From Candidatus Latescibacterota bacterium (GTDB lineage: Bacteria; Latescibacterota; UBA2968; UBA8231), in contig CBDETY010000003.1 in the NCBI GenBank assembly GCA_965243025.1, positions 2,944,001 through 3,008,000 of the forward strand: a DNA stretch of 64,000 bases, read 5' to 3'. Positions 57,741 to 64,000 of this stretch are shown one piece after another; position 1 is the stretch's first letter, and each line of letters begins with the position of its first letter. The position numbers were made by a program, and so were the translations under genes. A model generated the notes under the pieces. The model saw only the letters and a program-made list of their open reading frames with translations, had not been told where the DNA came from and did no database searches.

Positions 57741-57907
57741 TATCGCGCCGACCTCCTGGGATGGCGGGTACTAAGGGTTTCCCCGGGAGTGGGGTCAAGA
57801 ATCCGCTGCCTGTGGCGATGGCACGAGGATCACCGCCGCCCTGTTCGACCCGCCCTCGATCCCTCTCGGTCTTGGCTGGAGCCGGCTTTCCGACCGATCG
57901 GCGAAGT

Positions 57908-57979
57908 CGTATCGAATACGGAAAATCGTATCAAATACGGCCGAATCGTATCAAATACGGGCAAATCGTATTTAATACG
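57908..57979. repeat. Array of four 13-bp palindromes CGTAT-N3-ATACG with 19-20 bp period
   Basis: Units start at 57908, 57927, 57947 and 57967 in a divergent intergenic region. Confidence 0.9.
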
Positions 57980-58177
57980 ACGGCCGGTGCGACATGGGCG
58001 CGCTGATTTCCTCCTGGAAAAAAAATGCGTCTATAAGCATCAGTAAAAACAACGAGTCAGGTCATGCTGAGTCCGATTCTTGGAGCTGCCGGCCAGTACA
58101 GGCACGCCTTTTGCGTGGTGTTTGGGTGAACCGGGGGTAGCGAACAGACGCGACCCCCGAAACAAAGGAGGAAGCAG

Positions 58178-58992
58178 ATGTTCCTTGTCCGGACCGAAAA
58201 GCAGGGGCGCGCCGCCCTGTTCCTGCTCCTTTCCCTGACCATCCCGGCCGGCCTGCCTGCTCCGTCCGAGGCCCACAGCGGCGGCGGCCGCGTGTTCCCG
58301 ATCGCCGAGCTCACCGACGGGATGCTGGAACGGATTCAACTCGACGACGGGACAGTGGACGAGTGGTATGGCCTGGTCGGCGAGCCGACCCTGACCGGCC
58401 TGGATTTCATCGATGAATTGACGGAGAACCCGCCGGATCCGTCTGATTTCGACTTCCGCATCTGGCTGGCCTGGCACGACGAACCGGCTCGCCTCTACCT
58501 TGCCTTCGTGGCCAGCGATGACCGGTACCACAACACCCACGACTACAGTTCATATGATTATTCGTTGATGATCCTCGGTGACAACGATGCTCTTACCCTG
58601 GGAATCGACGGAGACCACAGTGGGGGTGCCGGGCTTCCGACCGACGTTGTCGGTACTGAGGAGTTAATTGCGGCCATGAGGGAGCAGGGTGGGGAAACTC
58701 AGTATTATGAGGCCATTTCCCGCACCAACGGTCCGAATCTGGCTGACCTTGGCCAGGTTTTACGAGCCCACTCCTGGAGGGGCCTGCCTCCTTACGCGGA
58801 CGCGGGAGGCGGCGTGGCCGGAGAAGCGCCGGTCATCTGGGTGATCGAGCTGTACGTCACCCCGTTCGACCACGGGGGTGAGCCCTGGGACAGCCCGAAG
58901 GGAGCGAGGTCAGCGACCTGGCCGCAGGACAGTTCATCGGGTTTGCAATGGGAATTACATCGAATGTTATGAAAAGTCAGCAAGATGAATAA
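58178..58992 (+). pseudogene. Frameshifted, truncated paralogue of the CBM9-like WGxIK-tail protein
   Basis: Signal peptide, FRIWLAW....RLYLA....DD, IDGDHSGG. Homology continues in another frame after ~58897 (EVSDLAAGQFIGFAMG) and stops at 58990-58992 without the tail. Confidence 0.7.
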
Positions 58993-59642
58993 ACGTGTGG
59001 TTCCCTGCTGTTTTCGCCGGAAAATCGGGATGTCGGCTGGTTGGCAAGTTCACAGGATTGCGTACTGAAGGCCAGGGTTGTCTGGAAAGGGCGTCTCCTC
59101 GATCTCGGTGAATAGGATATTAACATCGAGGCTCTAAGTTCTTGTTTATCAAGGCACTTGGCATGACGACAACAGACTGTTCGAAGACCGGGGGCGTGCC
59201 AGATTGGCACCGAGGATCGGGAGCCACGGCTATGGTCGAGGAGGCCGGATCGCCTGATCCCCCTGGTCTGCAAGGGGCCTCGCTGTTGAAGTCGCGGAGG
59301 GAATTCCGCAAGCCTCCGACCGGTCCCGGTTTCTCTCCGTGCCGCGCCAATACCTGAAAAAGCGCGGAGGTCGTCCCGGGAAAAGTGTGGGATTTGATGT
59401 TGAATGAGGTAGCGCCAGCCGCCACATGATTCGTCCCAAATTGGGACATCGAATCCCCGTCGCAGAGAATTCAGAAGCCCTTCGACAGGCTGCGGGAGAC
59501 CGAGAAGAGACCGCCGAACTGCCGCGAGAACCACTGGCTCAAGTGCCTGGGCAGTGATCATCGGACCGGAAACGACCGGAAACAAGGACCCCTGACCGGT
59601 TCATTGTCCGCCCATGCAGCCTTGCACGTTCCGGTGGTCGCT

Positions 59643-60251
59643 TCATTTGTCGGCGTTTTCCTTTCCTGTCGTGCTGCCTTGGAAGGCATCGGCAAACAGG
59701 GCGTAGTCTTTCAGTCCCACTTGGCCGCTGCCATCCAGATCGAACCGTGGAGTCCGCTTTCCAAAGGCGTCTGCAAAGAGAAAGAAGTCGGCCAGGTCGA
59801 CGCGGCCGTCGTTGTTGAAGTCGGGGGAAACCGGCGGGTAGGCCGTCGTTATCCGGGATTCCACTCGTTCCCCATCCTCCATGATGAACGTCGTGACTCC
59901 GAATTTCGAAAAATCCCCATCCAGGGTGGCTACTACCACCTGTATGATGCCGTCGGTAATGAGGCCGTCGGTCTGGTCGACAACGCGGCCCCACGGCACC
60001 AGGGCGTATCGGGGTTCTGGTAAGATCTCGAGGGTCTCGTCTGTCCCGATTACCATCGAGATAGCTATTTCCCGGTAGATCCGGTACCCGTCCGCACCTT
60101 CTACCGAAGGCCACGACAAAATCCAGAATCCTCTTTCGGGCGCGGCTTCCACCCACAGGGTGTCCGGCGGGGCCGGCGATGCCCAGCCGGCTCCCGCCAG
60201 AAGCAACACCAACCAAGGCTTTACCTTGGCTGCTCTTCGACAACCACCCAT
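59643..60251 (-). CDS. Secreted protein with a C-terminal dockerin-like double EF-hand domain
   Basis: Hydrophobic signal, then PDFNNDGRVDLADFFLFADAFG...FDLDGSGQVGLKDYALFADAF. Confidence 0.78.
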   Translation of the reverse strand: MGGCRRAAKVKPWLVLLLAGAGWASPAPPDTLWVEAAPERGFWILSWPSVEGADGYRIYREIAISMVIGTDETLEILPEPRYALVPWGRVVDQTDGLITDGIIQVVVATLDGDFSKFGVTTFIMEDGERVESRITTAYPPVSPDFNNDGRVDLADFFLFADAFGKRTPRFDLDGSGQVGLKDYALFADAFQGSTTGKENADK

Positions 60252-61255
60252 GTGTGGTCCTCAGGCTGCGACCACTCCTCATCAAGGGTGAGCTCGAAAG
60301 TCCGCGAGCTGTACCCGGCGAAGATCCCATACCCGTTCTCGACGTTGCCGTACACGTTCAACGGCTCGGCAAACGGATTTTCCCGGATGTATTCGTGGAG
60401 GCGGGCGTTCTGGAGGTGATCGTAGAACGTCTCGCTGATGTACAGAACCTGGAGAAAAAATGGCTTGCCTTCGGGTTCAACGAAACGGCAGGACAGCTCG
60501 ATCTCGTGGTTCCGGCCATCGAAGAGAGTGTCCCTGAAGTACGGTGCTCGACCCGAGAAAGTCCCCTCCTCTTCGAAGGGGAATCCTTCGATGTTGTTGT
60601 TGTCGGCCATGATGGAAGGATCCTTTGTCGAGATGGATCCTTCCTGCTTCTTGATCTTCAGTATACTCTCCTCTGTCGAAATATATTCAACAGTCGAAAC
60701 CGATCTAAAAGTGCGGATCTGGTAGTAGTTCGCTTGGCCGGGTGGATCCTGAATCTCGAGTTTGATCGACAAATCGACTCTGATCCAGGCATCGCCGCTG
60801 AGAGACTCTTCAAAGTGGGATGAATCATTGACGACATAGGACAGAATGAAAGTCGGCACCGGTCTGGGCACGGTGTCGGTTGCCCGGATCGTTTCGAAGC
60901 CGGGCGCCGATACCTGCAGGGAGTAGGTTTCTCCCGCTTGCAGGCTGCTGTCTTCGAATACGTACACCCGCGCTCCTTCGTGAAACTTCAGCTCCCCGAC
61001 GATCCGGTCTCCCGCCACCAGCTCCACCTCTGCATCGGCTACCGAAGTTTCTTCGTAGGCCAGGGGCTGGAGAATCCCGACGGAACCGCCGACCTTGGCG
61101 GGCCAACTGCCGTCGGAGGTGAAGAAGGCCTGCAGAACCAGCCGCGGAGTATGCTCCGGCAGATCGGGCTCGATCACCTGGCGGCAGGCGGACAGGGCGA
61201 TCAAGAGCGGAAGGAGGCGCAGGACGGCTTTGGTCGCGGGGGCTTTGGAATTCAA
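60221..61255 (-). CDS. DUF4249-like lipoprotein
   Basis: LSAC lipobox, GETYSLQV, DPPGQANYY, F.D.LFDG, EP..VYGNVENGYGIFAG. Coupled to the upstream TonB receptor. Confidence 0.8.
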   Translation of the reverse strand: MNSKAPATKAVLRLLPLLIALSACRQVIEPDLPEHTPRLVLQAFFTSDGSWPAKVGGSVGILQPLAYEETSVADAEVELVAGDRIVGELKFHEGARVYVFEDSSLQAGETYSLQVSAPGFETIRATDTVPRPVPTFILSYVVNDSSHFEESLSGDAWIRVDLSIKLEIQDPPGQANYYQIRTFRSVSTVEYISTEESILKIKKQEGSISTKDPSIMADNNNIEGFPFEEEGTFSGRAPYFRDTLFDGRNHEIELSCRFVEPEGKPFFLQVLYISETFYDHLQNARLHEYIRENPFAEPLNVYGNVENGYGIFAGYSSRTFELTLDEEWSQPEDHTWVVVEEQPR

Positions 61256-63684
61256 AACTTGAACCGGTAGTTGATCCAGGGTATGAGAGGGAAGAGGCTC
61301 ACCTGCTTGGCGCGGAACTGCCTGGTGCCGGAGTTGTGGTTGAAGCGGTCCTCGAAGTAGATGAAAAACGGGTTCTTGCGGTTGTAGGCGTTGTACACCC
61401 CGAGGCTGAATCCGTGCCGGTCGCTGTCGGCCAAGCCGAAGTTGACGCTGAAGTCGAGGTGGTGGAAGGCCGCCATGCGGTAGCCGTTGCGGTCTCCATA
61501 TACTACCGTTTCAACAGGCAAGTAATTAGGTCGTCGGTATCGGATTACTTCCGACATAACCCTGTCGGGATCATTTGGGAACCTCCAGTGAGCGTCGTAC
61601 CATGCGACTGGCAGGGTGCCGGCGTTGCCGGTTCCGTACACCCAAGTCAGGGAGAAGCTCCTCGACCCGCTCAGCTGCCGGGAAAGAACGACGGCGACGT
61701 CGTGCCTCCGGTCGTAGCGGTGGGGGAAGGTGCGCCCTTCGTTCAACTCCTCGAACCGCCTCCGCGTCCAGGAGAGGGTGTAGCCCGCCCAGCCGGTGGT
61801 GCGGCCCTGCTTCTTCTGCAGGAACAGCTCCGCCCCGTACGACCATCCCTTCCCTGTCGCCACTTTGTCCTGCCAGTCGTCACTCTCGCCGAAGCCGACG
61901 AGGAAGCTCGCGCCTTCCCGGTACTCGATCAGCTCGGTCATGGTCTTGTAATACCCCTCGATGCTGAGCTCGTACTGCTCCTCGAGCTGGCGCGCCAGGC
62001 CGAGGCCCACCTGACGCGACCTCTGGGGCCGCACCCGGTCCGTGGCCGGCAGCCACAGGTCGGTCGGCAGGCCCACGGTGCTGCTGGAGAGCAGGTGGAT
62101 GTACTGGCGCATCTGCGCGTAGGAGGTCTTCACGGCCCATTCCGGCGTCAGCAGGTAGCGCATGGAAACCCGGGGCTGCAGCGAGACGTAGAACTCCCCG
62201 TCGACGAGGAAGCCGGAGGTGTGCAGCCCGAGGTTGGCCTTCAGACGGCTGCTCAGGCGAACGTCGTCCTCGGCGTAGAGACTGTACTCCAGGGCGTCGG
62301 TTTCCCGGGCGGCCAGGGTGGTGTCCTCGGGGACGCCTTCGATGGGATTGTATTTTGCCTGCACCGCCCCGGGGCGATAGGAGTGCAAGGTGCCGCTGCC
62401 CCCGAAGCGGATGTAGTGGGTCGGGTCGGGGATGTAGTCGAGATCGAGTTTCAATCCCCAGTCGCGGATGCCGGACCGGTAGTACAGCCTGTAGGCCTCG
62501 CTCTCCCGTTTCCCGTCAATGACCTCAACGGAGCGGTCGTCGACGTTGGCCGAGAACTGGTAGCGGCTGAAAATCGCCGTGAGGTTGGCGAAGAGCCGGT
62601 TGCTGAACAGGTAGTTCCAGCGCAACGTGGAGGTGATGTTCCCCCACCCGAAGTCCACCTCGGTGCGGTCCTCCTCGTAGTAGGACCCGGTCCAGTAGCG
62701 GTCGTCGCCGCTGTACAGGCTCAGGTACACGCGGCTGCTCGGGGAGAAGATGTGGTTGAGCTTGGCGTTGAGGTCGTAGAAGTGGTAGCCCCCCTTCTCG
62801 TAGTCGGGCTGAAAGGGGCGGACCAGCATGTCGATGTAGGTGCGCCGCCCCGAGAGGATGAAGGAGGTGCGGTCCCGGCTCAGCGGCCCCTGCACGGTGA
62901 GCTGCGAGGCGATGAGCCCGATCGAGCCTTCGGCCTCGAACTCCTTCATGTTGCCGTCCTTCATGTCGATCTCCAGAACCGACGAGAGGCGGCCCCCGTA
63001 GCGGGCCGGGAAGCCGGCCTTGGTCAGCTGCACGTTCTTGATGGCGTTGGCGTTGAAGACCGAGAAGAAGCCGAACAGGTGGGAGACGTTGTAGACCGGG
63101 GCGTCGTCGAGCAGGATCAGGTTCTGGTCCGGGCTGCCGCCGCGCACGTACAGGCCGCTCATCCCCTCGCTTCCCGACTGCACCCCGGGCAGCAGCTGCA
63201 GGGTCTTGAGGACGTCGACCTCCCCCATGAGCACGGGGGCGCTCTCGATCTGCCGCACCGGCACCTGCACGACGCTCATCCGCGTCTGCTCCTGGATCGG
63301 GTCGAGCCGCTCCGCCTTGGCCTCCACCGCCTCCATTTCCAGGGGCGTCGGCTCGAGGGCGATGTTGAGCTGCAGGTCGCCGTCGAGGTCGGTGGCGAGG
63401 GTGTCGCTGCGGTAGCCGATGTGGGAGACCACCACCCGGAAGGAACCGGCCGACAGGGTGAGGCTGAAGAAGCCGTAGCGGTTGGTCGTCGTGCCCTGCT
63501 GCAGGTCGGGCTCGTGCAGGACCGCCCCGATCAGCTTCTCGCCGCTGGCCGCGTCCTCGACGTAGCCGCTGAGGGTGTGCTTGGGCCCCTCCTGCGCCCC
63601 GGCGCCCCAGGCCATGCCGAGGAAGAGTAGGACAAGGAAGCGGACAGGCGGGGGGAACGGTCTGGTTTTACCTGAATGACCCAT
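61252..63684 (-). CDS. TonB-dependent receptor with an N-terminal carboxypeptidase-regulatory-like domain
   Basis: GYVEDAASGEKLIGA, LYVRGGSPDQNL.LLD, ARYGGRLSSV, YNAYNRKNPF, terminal FKF. Start uncertain (63684 or 63816). Confidence 0.92.
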   Translation of the reverse strand: MGHSGKTRPFPPPVRFLVLLFLGMAWGAGAQEGPKHTLSGYVEDAASGEKLIGAVLHEPDLQQGTTTNRYGFFSLTLSAGSFRVVVSHIGYRSDTLATDLDGDLQLNIALEPTPLEMEAVEAKAERLDPIQEQTRMSVVQVPVRQIESAPVLMGEVDVLKTLQLLPGVQSGSEGMSGLYVRGGSPDQNLILLDDAPVYNVSHLFGFFSVFNANAIKNVQLTKAGFPARYGGRLSSVLEIDMKDGNMKEFEAEGSIGLIASQLTVQGPLSRDRTSFILSGRRTYIDMLVRPFQPDYEKGGYHFYDLNAKLNHIFSPSSRVYLSLYSGDDRYWTGSYYEEDRTEVDFGWGNITSTLRWNYLFSNRLFANLTAIFSRYQFSANVDDRSVEVIDGKRESEAYRLYYRSGIRDWGLKLDLDYIPDPTHYIRFGGSGTLHSYRPGAVQAKYNPIEGVPEDTTLAARETDALEYSLYAEDDVRLSSRLKANLGLHTSGFLVDGEFYVSLQPRVSMRYLLTPEWAVKTSYAQMRQYIHLLSSSTVGLPTDLWLPATDRVRPQRSRQVGLGLARQLEEQYELSIEGYYKTMTELIEYREGASFLVGFGESDDWQDKVATGKGWSYGAELFLQKKQGRTTGWAGYTLSWTRRRFEELNEGRTFPHRYDRRHDVAVVLSRQLSGSRSFSLTWVYGTGNAGTLPVAWYDAHWRFPNDPDRVMSEVIRYRRPNYLPVETVVYGDRNGYRMAAFHHLDFSVNFGLADSDRHGFSLGVYNAYNRKNPFFIYFEDRFNHNSGTRQFRAKQVSLFPLIPWINYRFKF

Positions 63685-64000
63685 TTGGACTCTAACGCAG
63701 CAAGGTGAGCTTGCGTGCCCAAACGCCTTCGCCTGACTCCCGTACGGGCTGGCCGAAGGGGGAGCAAAACAGCAGGAAGACCGCAAAATCCACCGAGCCG
63801 GGGCTGGCCAAGTCAAAGCGGCCTTCGCCGGGTTCGTTCCGGGGTCGGAAACGGACGGAGAATCCCGGGAAAAGCTCTTGAATTCGCGTCGTACTTCACC
63901 CCATCGACAACCGGAAGCTCAGGTGCTTGGCGAAAGCCCCTCCTGAAAAAACCGGATGACGAAATTCAGAAAAACTGTAAAAAATGGGGCAATTGGAGGG

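Noticed and set aside
56485-57798. 575-aa ORF 56071..57798
   Set aside because: Only the last 137 aa (cupin) look real; the rest overlaps the MR/MLE gene out of frame
57908-57979. Palindrome array as a mini-CRISPR
   Set aside because: Units are 13 bp with 6-7 bp linkers, far too short for spacers, and there are no cas genes
58977-59585. ORF with faint IS5/IS903 transposase-like wording (LGLPQPVEGLLNSL)
   Set aside because: The resemblance covers only a few residues, with no DDE motif or terminal repeats; it needs a profile search
63685-64000. Cobalamin or other riboswitch upstream of the TonB receptor
   Set aside because: A hairpin exists near 63725-63760, but I could not find B12-box or other conserved riboswitch motifs

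Overview
GC-rich bacterial DNA, most plausibly from an FCB-group (Latescibacterota/Gemmatimonadota-like) marine or sponge-associated organism. This is inferred from the expanded PhyH and enolase-superfamily genes and from FTPNGDG-type, WGxIK and dockerin-like C-terminal tails. The first 23 kb is the most unusual part: a divergent cluster of secreted-protein paralogues with no known function. It holds three ~950-aa acidic, beta-barrel-like proteins and six discoidin-like/FlgD-Ig (CHU_C-like) proteins, one of them cut by the window edge. These surface genes have a constant/variable design. A 1211-bp direct repeat and a ~981-bp inverted repeat encode apparently identical C-terminal halves, while the N-terminal discoidin-like domains carry CDR-like hypervariable loops. 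That suggests diversification by gene conversion or recombination, and possibly a ~15-kb invertible segment. The rest of the window is catabolic and accessory genes: two ASPIC/UnbV proteins, a Kelch protein, four PhyH dioxygenases (one with a halogenase-type HxG motif), three MR/MLE enzymes, GH32-like and GH51 hydrolases, UxuA, CocE/NonD, sulfite oxidase, an ECF sigma/anti-sigma pair, a FitAB/VapBC TA pair, a four-unit palindrome array, a frameshifted pseudogene and a TonB receptor-DUF4249-dockerin operon. I saw no rRNA, tRNA, CRISPR array, recombinase or reverse transcriptase. All calls come from reading motifs by eye; no database search was run.
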